64,000 nt of DNA, from positions 37,846 to 101,845 of the forward strand of contig ADNK01001329.1 of assembly GCA_000320545.1 (NCBI GenBank), in the 5' to 3' direction. Shown one piece after another: positions 13,990-28,107 of the stretch (positions are counted from its first letter, which is position 1; every line of letters begins with the position of its first letter). Under the pieces are notes generated by a model. It worked only from the letters and a program-made list of their open reading frames with translations, was not told the origin of the DNA and made no database searches. Origin of the DNA: Bigelowiella natans CCMP2755. Its lineage: Eukaryota; Protista; Cercozoa. The translations under genes were made by a program, and so were the position numbers.

Positions 13990-15325
13990 GTCTCTGTCTC
14001 TCTGCGTGTGTGTGTGTGTGTGTGTTTTGTAATCATTTTTTTGTAATCATTTAGGCAGTTGTACTTCTCTACTTTTGTTATCGGTTCTTGACGGTGATAT
14101 TAAATCGCGTCACCGGGAAGAAGGTAGTAAACCATGTTGTGAGGGCGCTGCTATTCTCGTTATTACTCCTAACCCCCAATGCACAACGCTAAACAACTGC
14201 TATTCCGCTACTACCACCAGTCTCTACACGCGCTCTCACTCCATATGAGGAAGGAGATGCTCCGGCTCGACAGGTGGTAGCTTAAACTAGTAGTAGCGTT
14301 GTTGTTGTCACTGTGGGGGGGGCGCAGCAAGCAATATCGTATCTTCTCACATTGAGGCGACTGTGTATACAGCAATGCTGGAGAGATTGATGATGCAACC
14401 AATCACGCGATGATGATCATAATGATGATGATGATGAAAGGGTGGCTGAAAGAATGGCATTATGATATATCCACATAACCCACCAGTAGTCTATTTTACA
14501 CGCTATGGTGATGCCCTTTCTTCTCTCTCCTCCTCCTCACTTGATATGAACTACATTCTCCACCGTATCATCAGATTGCTCAATTTGAAGGATGCGGATA
14601 CAAAGACTAAGCTATCTGCATTAGGTTGTTCATATTCTTTATCGTAATCACAAATAAGCAGAAAATTCACGCATGTGCTCAAATCGTCGTCGCCATCCAT
14701 ATCATGCTATGCAAGAGGGGGGGGGGGGGGCAGAAAACTTTTGTTGTCGAATATAATTGATATGTTGACAGATATGGGAAAAGCCATCATCATAATCCAC
14801 CGCCTTCGGTAGTGATAACTGGATATTTAGATATTGAATCCGATTTGCAGATTGACAGTTTCCTAGCCACCATTGCCTTTTTCATCAAATAACGATTTAA
14901 GAGATCATCGTGCAAAGTTGTTACTATTGTTTTTCCTCTTCTTTAAAGGGAACAGTTGTCGATGAGAGAATCAAGGCTAGATGCACACGAAGTGGAAGCT
15001 ATGCGAACTGACCTTAAAGTAGGCACTTGGATGCGAATGCCCCTCGTCTTCTTTCTTCCCTCATGATTTTAATAGCTCTGGCCTATATGGAATGAAGAGA
15101 AATGCATCATTGTTCGGAGAGTTATCAAAAAGTTGCAACGTCTGGATGCTAAAGAGCTACATGCATTTGGAGAGCAAGTGTCCCATTTTCTCTACTTGAT
15201 TAAATATATCCTCATGTTTACATATTCATTAGGAAATCCTTGGAGCATTTGGTCCTGTTACTGTACGGCAACAGCTGGCAATTATAAGAAGGATGCAGTT
15301 GTCATACCGAACAGTGCAATCATGA
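8389..15325 (+). CDS. Hypothetical multi-exon gene (possibly more than one) with microsatellite-filled introns
   Basis: A series of AG...GT-bounded, stop-free + strand segments, e.g. GSICYVKTIIRSIGVLDFLLILR, YLSEERSIPKEAEDAKKILQDL, MRRSPWLVRLEFMSPWNPDG, IVLSSSSPPWPIIIFVGRNITARLL, QPVIGYELLPICLAQGDIPRLALIRMQF and EILGAFGPVTVRQQLAIIRRMQLSYRTVQS*. I recognise no family, and the start and end are uncertain. Confidence 0.5.
10868..10948. repeat. Compound (CT)n(GT)n microsatellite, representative of dozens in introns at 9-22 kb and 52-61 kb
   Basis: Read directly from the sequence. Confidence 0.95.
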
Positions 15326-15639
15326 CAAAGCAAACTCGAGTATTGATGCATCGGAAAATGCGGCTTACCTAGTGTTGGCAGATTAGCAAAGCAACTCTGT
15401 AGTTTTTCTTGGAGCAATAATAGGCACAGTAATATCATATATATATGGTATATATTATATTACATGTCTATCATAGCAGAAACGAATTGCAAATTAAATT
15501 TCAGGGTAGCTGTTGGTTTTATAATGCCATTGCTTGTTGTGGGATAGATTTATCCTGCTAGTAACTTGCATTCTAGTAACATGTGGTGAGAATAATGATA
15601 ATGCGAGTATCACACTCTATAAGCGCAGTTCCTGTATGT

Positions 15640-16520
15640 GGCATGAACATTGCATTCCTACGATGCCAGTAAGCACAGCAGCACTTTGCGTGGTCCGCAA
15701 GCATGCGTAGAAGGTGGCAGCCATTGTCATGCGCAATCGATACACATATCTAGATATGTGTTACTCCCTATATCCTATCTAGCAGTATGCCGCCATGATC
15801 GAGGCTTCATTTTTTTGTGCAAGCTAAACGCTACTGCAAATAAGTTTTGCATGTGTGCAAATAAGTTTTGCGTGTGTGCATCAAGCCGCGCTAGCATAGC
15901 GCGCATAACTAGACAAGACGGGTGTACAATGAATAATGTGTAATTTTTTGCATTTCACATGAGATTGTCATCCTGACATGTATCGTAGCCCGCCATGCGC
16001 GCTGGCGCGGCTAGCTATGCGAACACAGTGCGCTGCGTTGCATGTGCACTTGTTTGTTTTTGCCATTGTCTTTGTCCTTCGATCATGCATGAGATATCTG
16101 CAATGTTTCGCACATGCCGTGCTGTTACACGCGCGCGTTACGTTAGCGCATCTCTGAGGCACGTGCATGGCGGGCGCGGCGCTTGCTAGCTTGTGCCGAT
16201 GGCGGTGACATGCAGCGAAATCTTTGCAAGGCAATGCTGCACATGCATACTGCCAGAGCTAGCAGAATGATGTGTTGCGCACATCTAGACATGCTCTAGT
16301 TCTGTCAGCACGCTAGCTAAATGATGCTGTGAGCAGCAGGTGGGCGCCTTGTAGTGCGCCTAGATGCATACAGCTTCGCCTCGCACAATTATCACTTGCA
16401 ATGTCCCCGACATAACAACGGCATATGTGCATGCACCGCAGATGGGGGTGTCATCCATCTGTCGATCGGCTGCAAGATTTACGTCTTGCTTGCTAGTTTA
16501 CCACATCTAGATATGCATTA
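15640..16520. other. Convergent spacer (hypothetical/TPC), CTAG/TGCA/GCGC-rich
   Basis: Dense GCTAGC, TCTAGA, GCATGC and GCGCGC motifs, plus a 21-bp tandem duplication at about 15835-15876. Confidence 0.7.
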
Positions 16521-16760
16521 TCATGTTTTAGTTAGTCCCCAAACAAGGTATGCTAAACCTACTTTAGTTACAATCTTACCGATCCAAACATCAAATAAAA
16601 GTCGGTCGCATTTGAGGCATGCACACACTCATGCTATTGATCCTCGATGGATTCTTGCCAATTTCAACAACGCCGTCCTGAACATTGTAGATGTATAAAA
16701 GGTTATCCCCGATGATGAAATTGACTATGACAACGACGACGACGGCTCAGAAATTTCAGA

Positions 16761-17972
16761 TTAAGAAGTAGCTTTCAAAGGAAGATTGATGCTGTGCAAC
16801 AGCGTATTTATCTCACACAGACCGACTGGATTTCTTTCACAACTGAAAAAAACAGTCCCAAATCGTTCATTATTATGTTATTTGCAGTCCACCTCTTCGA
16901 TGAGTCGCTAATACTCGATTTCCTGATGACACCACACATGTATTTATATAAATTAAAAAATATATGTACATCAACATTTAATGAACGCGCATGTGCTGCG
17001 TGCTTCTTTTATTAGTAGAAAACTAGTTGTGTACCTGGGAACGAACTCATCGAAAGCTCCGACAGACCGAGGTTTTGCAACATTTTTGGGTTCTGTTTGT
17101 TCCGATTGTTTCGCGACCTTTTCCAGATTATCACCCCTACGTGCCATCCAACGCACAATTCGTACCAATATCTCAATCAAAACCACATAGTAGTCATCCA
17201 AAACGGATTATCATAGTAAAAACTTGTTGATCCATACGTCGATTCTTGGAACATTTCTCCGAGAACCAAGTCCTGAAAAGAGAGCGAGGAAAGCAGAAAT
17301 AAATCACACGTGAGCAGAGACCACGTGAGGAGGTCAATTCTTCTTGTTGTACTCACCATACTGTGATGAAGATGCAGTTCCACATCATACCCCTCAAGCT
17401 TGCATGCATCCTTACTGATGGATTCCACCTATTGAGTAATATCAGACAAAATGTTATGGCTCTCTTTTTACCTACAGGGACCACCAGGCCCTGTCTTTTC
17501 CTCTTCCCCCACCAACAATGACGTGCCGTCGCCAACCATGATTACTGCTGCTACTACCTGCTTGATCAGCTGCTTGTACTCCTCCTAACGAATGGTTCAG
17601 GATATGATAGTAGTAGTCATATATTCAGTCGAAACAACCCAAGCTGCTCTCTATCAAGGTGAAGGAGGGAACAATCGCACGTGCTCACCTCCCTATCAGG
17701 AAACGCCCGCACAAACATCACGGTGTCAAGGATGAAAGCTGTAATCACGTTCAAAGCTACAAGAACGCCTGTGTGTAGAGAGATAGAAGAAGAAGAAGAA
17801 GAAGAAGAAGAAGAAGAAGAATAGGCCGTAGAGAGATGCATTCGTAATTGTGGACCGAGCTGTCGGTGAATCGATATATCGTTGACGCGCTCGTTACAGT
17901 TAGAGACGTATGAAAAGGAACAACCACGATAACCGTAGTTTACAGCGATTGATTCGTAAGTAGCGAAGGAGG

Positions 17973-18004
<32 letters not shown>

Positions 18005-21000
18005 CAGAGAGAGTAGTAGATGGTGGTACACTCACCCAGAATGTAGAAGAGGATGAAAAAAGCCCTCATTCCCTCGTTTGAAACACTGCATGCTGCGTCC
18101 GCAACAATGAACCAGTTGTTGACCACTTTAAGCACACACACACACACACACACACACGCGCGCACACGCACACAGGCAGCACACTTTCAGATGATGAGCA
18201 ACAAACCCATCCCCACTGCCATATGATTCAAATCTCACCGAGTAAATTGAATTGCACGATCAGCCCGTTCACAAGCGAGTCATAGTTCAGCCCTGAAAAG
18301 GAGAGAAGTGTTATTTCCATATTTGAGGGGAAATTAAATTCAAGTAGAGGAGCATAGTATTATCTAAAAAGTAGTATAGCAGTAGTACAGTAGTGTTGGA
18401 CAAGTTCTGACCGAAGTAATCATTTGTATGATAGGCGAGGTTCTCAGGGACATTTTCTCGAGTTAATTTTCCTGAATCGCGCGATAAAAACAAACAACCT
18501 CAACCACATGGTGGGGGGGGAGGAGGGTGCCAAAGGGAGCGAGCTACTGCACTACAAATCTTTCATCCCTTCCTACTACCTTCCAACAAATCCATGCCAA
18601 CAACTGCGAAGAAATACCTGAGGGTGGTAGTTTCACGCAATGAGTACATGCATCTATGGTGCTGTTTCATAGGAGGAATATAAATTCGGGTGAGGAGGGA
18701 TGTGTCTCCACTTATCACCCCACAGGTTTCTCTATGATTTTGCATCCTGCAACTATTATTACATGAACTGAAGTAAAACACAGAATAAGGCCGTCAGCAC
18801 GGGCGCTGATCTCACTATAGCTTGGTACAAAATCTCAAACCCCTGGTTGTATCTCAGTAAGCGCAACAAACGAATCTGATTTAAGGGTACGCAACACAAC
18901 ATTGGTGGAAATACAACAATAACATCTACGCTCAGTGTTTTTTATAGCTCCAATCAGATAAAAGTAGTTGGTGAGCAGCGTCATCAACATCAGCACCATT
19001 ATCACTATTTATAACCGATCTAAGCGCGGCTAGGTCTCCGCCCTGTCCTTTAATTATCCACTCGAGTATTGCAACTGAGGGACGGGGGGGGGAGGGGGGG
19101 GATTCGATCAGTCGCAGCAAGAGGTAGGCAAAGCTTATGGAATAGCCCGTTACAACCAACAGCAATGCTTACGTCTATTACTCATATAAGTGTGACTGAC
19201 TAATCGTATATCTCATGATGGTAGAAATCTTGAAGTGATAATAATACCCAGAAGCACGGTGAGATCCAGAATGTTAAAATACTCATTGAAGACCCTCTCG
19301 TGACTTGCGATCAAAACTGCGGCCTGTAGCAAGGATGATATCATTATGACTGGAGTATAATAACAACCAAGGAAAGTCATATGATTTTTGCTGCAGCTTT
19401 ACCATCTCAGTGCTGTGTATCACAAGAATGACGCTCAAGAACGTGTAAATGTTGTCCGCGTCTTGTCTGGATAGAAATAGTATGGATGAATCGTTAAGAA
19501 AGTGTTCATACATAAAAAAAAAAATGAGATGAAAAAAAAAGAACGATAATGCAGTTTACCTGTCAATATAGTCCGTCGCTATTAACAAAAACTGAAAACA
19601 GTAACGAGGGCACTTAATTCCTTGCTTCGTGATCGATGTGTCAGTGAAGAAAGGAGTTATATATTATTTATCACCAAGTTGATGACCACGCTAATGTCAA
19701 TGAATGTCTCCACAGCGAGGAGGTTGGTGTGTGGAATCTTGACGGCCAGAACCTCACTATATGATGATGACGACGACGATGATGATGATGGTGATGCCTT
19801 TAATGTATCTCTATATAGATGCTAAAGTAGTAAAGCTGGATGATTTTTTAATATATTTCGAGCCTTAGCAGATTTGTTAATTTACCGTATTTTGTCCCGA
19901 AATTGCTGCCATCTTAATTTAGCCGTCCTGTATGTATGCAGTAGCAAGTAATGACGTACAAAATAGATGAAACGGATCTGCAACGATAACAACCGTGTGA
20001 ATACTCCTTCCGTCGAGTTAATTGCTTCACTCCTTCTCATAGCCTCTTCCTTCTGAGGAGCATAATAACAGAAACACCGTCTGTACCACGGCGCCCTACT
20101 ACCAACCATTTATTCTGAGAAAGCGTTCAATGCTACCACCTCGAAGTGTAAGTTGTAGAGGACCACAATGATGCCAAAATCTTCATGTTCTATCTTATTT
20201 GTCTTATCCCTAATCCGAAAACAATAGTAACACATTACATCAACGATCACTCGCTCTCTCCTTATTTCCAATGAACGTATTCGATGCGTATTATTTGTGT
20301 GTTTGTTGTCATGTGGGGTGGAGATGAATGTTGTACTGCTGGCGTTGGGATAATGGGAGTTGGCAATGATGATGTCAAACTTACACGTCTGCAATGAGGA
20401 AACACGATTCCCGCTCCTTAGCAGTGAAATCTAAATACAATGGTTCAGATCGTCATAAGCACACGCATCTCACAACTCACAAACCCGCACATTCAGCCCA
20501 TCAATATCGTTATCATCATCAGCAGCAGGAGTAGCAGCATCATCATCGTCAATGCCGTCGCATTTTCATCTCGGAATTAGTAAATAAACACCCGGTCTGA
20601 GATGCTTCAGAACTTCGAGAAAATGTGCCTTGTCGATCGCTCCCGTCCCTTTAACGTCACAAAGCTGGAAAGCTGCCTGGAATGCAAGTTTCGCGCGATT
20701 TCGATACACCTAAACAACGCGAATGCAATGAGACTTTGCTAGGAGGATACAGCTGGTCACGAAGAAGCAGCAGTGTTTCAATCGGCATCTATTCCAGCAC
20801 CTCTAGATCATGCTCGAGCCTTTCCTTGTATGAATTGAAGACAGTAGCGAGAACCAAGTTGAGGAATATGAACAAGCCAACCACCTTGGATGAAATAACA
20901 AAGGAAGAGGAGAAGGAGGAGAAGGAGGAGGAGGAGGAGGGAGGACGGATAAAGGAACTTTTAGGTAAAACTCGATGCTATGTTTTTATCATTTCTTACC

Positions 21001-21847
21001 AGAAATATGATGAAGAAGATAACGTTATAAATCGATGCATGCATCGCGTGTATCATCACGTCGGGATAGTTTGCCTGAAGATCATATGCCTCACCGTTAC
21101 AATTAACATATATTATTTCAATCAGAGCTCGATATGTAGCGGCCTATGCTACAAGCTGCTCGTTACCGTTGTGAGCAATGTGAATAGGCTGATGCAAGAA
21201 CGGTAAAATGTCCCGAACTCCTTCGGAGAGATCTCGGCATAGAACTAAGAAATAATGAAGATCATCATAAGATGCATAAATTGTGTGGTACAGGCAGTGA
21301 CAGCGTGCAAGTATGCCCAAGTTTCAATATATGCAGAAACGGATAACTACGAATGTTGTGAAACGGTGATGGCCGCAAAATAAATCCATCGGTTGTTACG
21401 TTTACAAATGTGTCAGTTGTCACCTTTGTCCCCACAATGGCGAAAATCACGAGATGGAACACCACCAGCGTGCCAATGTAGGTGATAGCAACCATGCCCT
21501 AGTTATCATAGGGTTGAAGACAATGATCAACATAATTGCAATGCTACAATATTACTGTATACCTGGAACATACTGTTCATGACTTTCCGTAGATTGTGCG
21601 CATAAGCTAGAGCAAAAAAGGGTCGCAGCATTCTGCATAGACGATTGTCAAACATACATCATATTACCGCATGGTTTGGGAAATTTGATCAAAGCTGCCA
21701 TTTTAAAAAGACTTCTAGGAAGCATTATTCTTCACATAAAGTAGCTATAATTCCTACCTTTGAATTCTCAACTCATGGGGCAGAAATACCCATATCCAGG
21801 AAAACAGCAGAATGGGAATCTGAACGGAAATGCCATTTTTTGAATGC

Positions 21848-21888
<41 letters not shown>

Positions 21889-23067
21889 CAGAAGGCAACT
21901 GTCACGGAAATGAAAAGGGATTATCCCCCCCTTACTTTGGCTTTGTTCCATCCAGAAGCAAAAAAATGCGTGGAACCCCGAGCATATAACTCCAAAATTG
22001 TATCCACAGAATATACCATAAGGCAAATTGCTTCAATCGTTAACAGCAAGGGTACTGGTGCACACAGTGCGTCCATGCATGGAGATTCAAAGAATGCTAA
22101 GCACAGATTGACTATTGAAACTGCAACAATAGTTCGTCGCCACGAACGATTGTGCGTTATCTTGTACATCTGAAAATTGCGAAACAAAGTGTGAATCGTC
22201 TCCAATCTAAAGCAGAGCAGATTATCCAAAGATCACTGGTGTGGCAAACAGCAGTACCTTCAGAGGTTGCAAATCCAAAAGATGATACAAATCCCGGCCA
22301 TGTATTCCATCATTTATTAGTACAGCTGCAATATCGCATCGATCTGGAGTGTAAATTGTACAATGTCATTGATCAGAGATCACCATAATGGGTATATGAC
22401 TAATTAAAATTGCCTTCCATTGAGACATCATCCCAGCTTTCACCGTACGGCGGCTTCAAATCCTATTGGACCACATCATGCACTCTCACTCAATAGTCGC
22501 ATTGTAGTGGCTCCCCACAACAAGAGACACATAAAAATGGTGGCGGGGATACAGAGCAAAGATCGTCCTCTGTGTTAATTTTCTAAGAGTTTTCCATAAA
22601 GATCGTCCTCTGCGTCATTTTTCTCTGCGTATTTAATTATTCATTGAAACGGAGGCACACATACACACACACACCTTCAAATTTAGCTCGTTTTCCGACA
22701 ATTCTATTCTCATATAGGTCGGAAGGCTCATCGACTGTGAAGAATATAGATCATCGTAACATTCATTCTCAAGGTGGTGTAATAAGTGTATGACCTGCTC
22801 CTGAATCATTTTCTCATCAAGATCATGTTTTTTCTCCTCGGGCAGCAAAGGCAGAGCAAGGTTATTGCTGGATATCGTGGCCGCGCTTACCGTTTTTTTG
22901 GTAGAGACCTCATCTAGTGATATTAAATTTGTAGATACTACACGTGCCGAAGTAATGGGGCCTCCAGAATTTATGGAGAGCCCTCTTCCTCCTTTTCCGT
23001 CTGTTTGTATCACTGGGTTCATTGCCAGGGGATTCTTGCCGTCGTTCTCTTCATTGATACTACTCAT
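16761..23067 (-). CDS. TPC1: Two-pore channel (TPC family; two 6-TM repeats with EF-hand-like linker), many exons
   Basis: Exonic peptides LCLAFFESP, RLCRMLRPFF (S4), FGTFYRSCISLFTLLTT / NYPDVM (pore 1), VVGLFIFLNLVLATVFNSYK (S6), AAFQLCDVKGTGAIDKAHF (EF-hand-like), LNYDSLVNGLIVQFNLL / VVNNWF (pore 2) and VLVALNVITAFILD (S6). The stop is at 16761 or 16971 depending on the last introns. Confidence 0.88.
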
Positions 23068-23710
23068 TGTTTGAAATCCACCCGTTTCAATTAAGATCCA
23101 TCATACCGCTATACCGCTGCGTTCTAGATTTATGGTTTGGTGATCGTGGGGGGGGTCAACTTGAGCAAATACGTTTACTGATCCTTCTTGGTTGTTTTAT
23201 GATATAAATGTTTACAAGATCGCAACACATCGCATAACACTTTCATTAGATCTAACCGAAACTGTTGAATTTCTTTTCTTGAACTGAAATGAAAATCGAA
23301 ACGCTTCCACGAGAATCTCCGCAAAATCTCTCCTTCGAGTCGGATTCAGAAAATGTAAAAATCCCAATGGCCAAGAATTGTTAACGGGAAAAAGATATTT
23401 TAATTGGATCATCGTCCCTATTTTTTCATAAAAAGGCCAATTATAATGTATATTCTCTGTCTACTTTGGGTCACCCAAGGGCTTAATAAATTTAGCTGGT
23501 GTCGTCACTCAAATGTTCAAGAAGGGACAGACTCAGATTTTATCTTGCGACTTTAAATTTCTGATGTCGTATCCCGAGAAGGATCTTTATTTTCGGTTTT
23601 CGTATCATTCCTTGCTCAGGGAAAGTTGCGGATTGTGCATTCTACGACCCCCCCCGTGCCCTGTATTCCACCTCACTTGAATCGTAATACAGCAATCGAA
23701 ACGTCGCACC

Positions 23711-26700
23711 ATGGTAAACTGTTTAAAAATATTTAATAGTCATGGTTTAGCGGTACTTTTCAAGCGTGTGAGAGGACAGCCAGAACCCCATCTAATTGAC
23801 CGCGCATGCGGATCTCTATAACGTGTTCTTAGCCTCTGCGACTAGACGTTCAAAAGGTGATGTCGGTGGCGTCGGAGCGCGTAAAGTGCTGCGACATTCA
23901 TCCTACAGAGCCGTGGGTTCTCTCCGCCCTTTATTCCGGGCATGTCTTTATTTGGAACTACGAGACACAGGCATTGGTCAAAAGTTTCGAAGTATGTGAT
24001 CTTCCAGTGCGTTGTGCGAAATTCATCGCCAAAAAGCAATGGTTCGTCTGTGGGACAGATGTGAGTTACTTATCATAATATATTTTAAAGCTGCAACTAT
24101 ATCGTAAGACCCGCTGTTATTGTAAATTAAATTAGGATATGAAAATCCAAGTTTACAATTACAACACAATGGAGAGAGTGCATTCCTTTGAAGCGCACTC
24201 AGATTACATAAGGTTACCTTGAATTTCAATTCGATTTATGCATATGGGTCTAAAACATTCAACAACAGATGCTTGGCCGTTCATCCGAGTCTACCAGTAG
24301 TACTGTCTTCCTCTGATGACATGTTCATCAAACTATGGGATTGGGAAAAAGGTGATTCAGCCAGTCTTTTGATACAACTCTAGTCGAGACGTATTTGCAC
24401 CTTTATGGAATCTTACATCGATATTATTAGGTTGGGAGTGCTACCGGGTGTATGAGGGTCATTCCCACTACGTCATGCAAGTGGAGTTCAATCCAAAGGA
24501 TACGAATACGTTCGCCAGTGCCTCACTGGACCATACAATCAAAATCTGGGGCCTGACATCTTCCACGCCACACTTTAGCTTAGAGGGCCATGAAAGGGGT
24601 ATCAACTGCGTCAGTTATTTTCAGGTGATAATCTTAAAACATGTTTTGCAGCAGTACAGAACAGAATCCTGATTTGGTTATTGATTAGGGTGGAGATAAG
24701 CCTTACTTGGTCTCTGGAGCAGATGATTGCACTGTAATACATAATCTAATTATATTCTAATATGGCGGTGCAATTAAAACACCCTTTCTTTTTTTCTCTT
24801 TGCAGGTGAAAATCTGGGATTACCAGACCAAAACATGCATAAAAACCCTGCAAGGCCATCAGGTATAAAGTTACTATCGTTTTTCTCGAGTACTGGAAAA
24901 GATATGCTGTCTTTCTGTTTAAAGGCAAACGTATCAGCTGTGTGCTTCCATCCTGAGCTTCCAATCATTCTGTCGGGGTCTGAGGATGGGACAGTCCGTC
25001 TGTGGCACTCTCTCACATTCACGCTCGAGAACACATTTAACTACGCCATGGTACGACGACATTGAGTACGAGTGCTTCTGGGGCTAGTCTTAGTCTTAGT
25101 AATAATTGACACTGGTGCTACTTTCGCAGGAACGTGTATGGGCGCTCTCTTACATGAAAGGGTCAAACAAGGTGGCCATCGGTTTCGACGAGGGTACGGT
25201 CATGGTCCAGATAGGCCAAGAAGAGCCTGTTGTTAGTATGGATACCAGTGGTAAAGTCGTTTTTGCCCGAATCCATGAGATTGTGCAGAAAAATGTGCGC
25301 CAGGCCGATAAGAAGGTATCTTCCGTGCATTTTTTGAGTAATGATAACAGTAGTAATTATATGTTGTATTGCGCAGCTTGCTGACGGGGAACGACTGGAA
25401 CTCGCGCAGAAGGAGTTGGGGACGTGTGACCTTTACCCCCAATCCCTTCAGCACAACAAGAATGGACGTCTCATATGCGCTTGTGGCGATGGGGAATATG
25501 TTATTTATACCTCACTTCGTTTGAAGAACAAAAGCTACGGGCAAGCTATCGAGTTTTGCTGGTCGGGGCACGACTCGGGCACTTACGCCATCCGAGAAAC
25601 AACGTCGAAGCTAAAAGTTTTCAAGAATTTCAAGAAGCATCGAGATTTTCGACCACGATTCTCGGTTGAGGGTATCTATGGGGGTTCGCTGTTAGGAGCA
25701 AGAGGCTCTAAGCACGTGGATTTTTACGATTGGGAAGAATGCAGGCTAATCAGACGCATACGAGTTATACCAAAGAAGATATACTGGTCGGAAACGGGAG
25801 ACCTCTGTGTTATTGCTTGCAAAGCTTCCTTCTATGTGCTCCGTTACAATCGCGATCTTGTCGGTAAATATCTCAATGAAGGAGTCGAGATAGGCGATAA
25901 TGGCATCGAGAAATCGTTTGACTTTGAGCAATCGGTTCAAGAGTCTGTTGTTACTGGCCACTTCGTTGGAGATTGCTTTATTTACACAAATGCCTCGCAG
26001 CGACTCTGTTACTTCATCGGAGGGCAAACTATTATTCTTGCGCATTTGGATAGGCCAATGTTCCTGCTCGGATACCTAACCAGGGAGAACCGGGTTTACT
26101 TGATGGACAAGCAGTATAACGTGGTCAGCTTCAATCTCCTCATGTCGGTTTTGATATATCAAATTGCTATCGTCCGCAAAGATTTTGAACAAGCTGAACT
26201 CTGCCTCCAGAAAATCCCTGTAGATCAACACAATAAGCTCGCCCGATTTCTCGAGGGCCAGGAGTTAAAAGAATTGGCACTGAAAGTCTCTCGGGACCCT
26301 GATCATCGATTTGACCTTGCCCTCCAGCTTAAAAAGCTAGATGTCGTTAGATCCATAGTCAAAGCGCATCCATCAGAAGCAAAATGGAAGCAGCTCGGCG
26401 ATCTTGCGCTGACGGAGAGCTTCGATTTGAAGCTAACGGAAGAATGCTTTGAAAAGGCTAGAGATTTTGGCGGTTTGCTACTACTGTACACATCTCTTGG
26501 AAACCAGCAAGGGATTGAGCGTCTTGCAACTGAAGCTGCTAAGGCTGGGCAGAGCAATGTGGCATTTATATGTTTGTATTTGCTGAATCGAGTGGAGGAT
26601 TGCATAAAGTTGTTGTGTGCTAACGACCGTATACCAGAGGCAGCATTCATGAGTAGAACATACAAACCAACCGAGACCAAAGATATCCTTGTCAAGTGGA

Positions 26701-27332
26701 AAGAGCACCTTGCAAAGGTCAGTACGAAGGCTGCGGAGGCGTTGGCAGACCCGGATCAGTATCCTGACGTATTCCCCAATTTCCCGGCTGGTTGCAACGC
26801 CCAGTTGGCAATGGAGAAGGCTTCCCAAATAGCAGGTTTACTCCCTGCCCGTGCATATTTAGAGGCGAAAAAAAGGTTTAACATTGACGTGATCGCGGAG
26901 ATGAAAGCTGGGCGATTGCCAGTAGTAACTAATGAGGAGATGAAGGCATCACCCCCCTCAACTGATACGAATGCGCCACCTGCCAAGGCACCTGAGAAAC
27001 CAGCAGCGCAAACTCAGCAGCAGCAGCAGCAGCAGGCAACCACTGAAGAAGCAAAAGAAGTAAAAGAGAAAGAAATGTCTGTTGAAGAACAACAAGAGGA
27101 AACCCCAGCAACGAATCCGGAAGTTCCAGATGTCTCGAAAGAAACTGGAGATTTTGACAATGCTTTAGACGAAAATCTGGACGATGAGCTTGAAGGTTTA
27201 GACGACGACATTACTGGAAATGGGGAAGAGGGAGATATCAACGCTGGAACGCCAAGCTTGGACGAATTGAATAAAACGCTTGCAGATTTGGACAAGGAGG
27301 ATGATGAAGATATTGATGCACTCCTTGCGTAG
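23711..27332 (+). CDS. COPB2: Coatomer (COPI) subunit beta'
   Basis: ATG-only first exon, then [28 protein letters not shown]..., [33 protein letters not shown], and a 663-aa last ORF containing the coatomer WDAD region (...[12 protein letters not shown]...) and an acidic tail. Confidence 0.98.
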
Positions 27333-27499
27333 CTTAGCATAGATCTTGCTACCCATGCTTTGTCTAGTTGTATCTTGCAATCATTATCTAGTTATCCTGA
27401 ATTTATTCTTAGAAAAGAGAGCTATTCATTTTATTGCTTGGTGCGCTACTAGATCATGGACTTGTAGGTATTTTCTCCGGCAGCAGCGTTGCATTATGT

Positions 27500-28040
27500 G
27501 TATTGGCTTCAGCTGCATGCCTAGCTAGATGATCATGCATTTTGACTGCTAACGCACAGCCAGGCACAAGCTAGCTAGCTAGCATGGGGCGCTTTTACAA
27601 TGTCTATATGTGTGAGACGGATGTAATGAAATGTTTAAATTTTTTCTATGTCTATATGTGTATATCACAATGAAGGACTTAGCCGGCTAGCCGGGGCCAG
27701 GTGTGACAGCCGCTCACGCGCACGCTAGAATATAAGAGTGCTAGCGTAGCTTATGGCTTTTTCTTTGCTTAATGATATGAGCTGGCCGATATATCGAATG
27801 GCAATAATGCTAAATGCAAAGGGTTTTCTTCCATCGCAGGCTGCGACCAAAGATCATAAAACTATTAGGTAATGCAAGAATCGAATGACCGCCGCGCAGC
27901 GAGTGAGCACCCCGTCAGCTTTCGATCGCGCTCGCTTAAAGCTTGTCGTTCTCCCTGCAAGACGCACTGGCAAGTGCACCGCATGGCCGGCTCTCATACA
28001 TCATGGATAATTACGTCCTCGTTCGAGCATCGCGCACGCT
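27500..28040. other. Convergent spacer (COPB2/RRM gene) with (CTAG)n arrays
   Basis: CTAGCTAG at 27521 and (CTAG)3 at 27571-27582. Confidence 0.65.
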
Positions 28041-28107
28041 ATTAATTATGCGAAGCAACAGTCTATCATGCATAAAACTTTTAGCAACCTCATACATTTC
28101 AAATCAT

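Noticed and set aside
9543-14054. ORF-track peptides with poly-V/S/M/ER/CV runs
   Set aside because: These are translations of intronic microsatellites.
22558-22625. Short direct repeat AAAGATCGTCCTCTG x2 in a TPC intron
   Set aside because: An ordinary local duplication. Two copies with no spacer series, so it is not CRISPR-like.
23711-23713. ATG-only first exon of COPB2 (and the MK-only first exon of RPS6)
   Set aside because: Start-codon micro-exons are common in eukaryotic housekeeping genes and are not novel.
27690-27715. GGGCCAGGTGTGACAGCCG, loosely like the MITE TIR
   Set aside because: Only partial identity in GC-rich sequence, with no partner TIR or TSD found.
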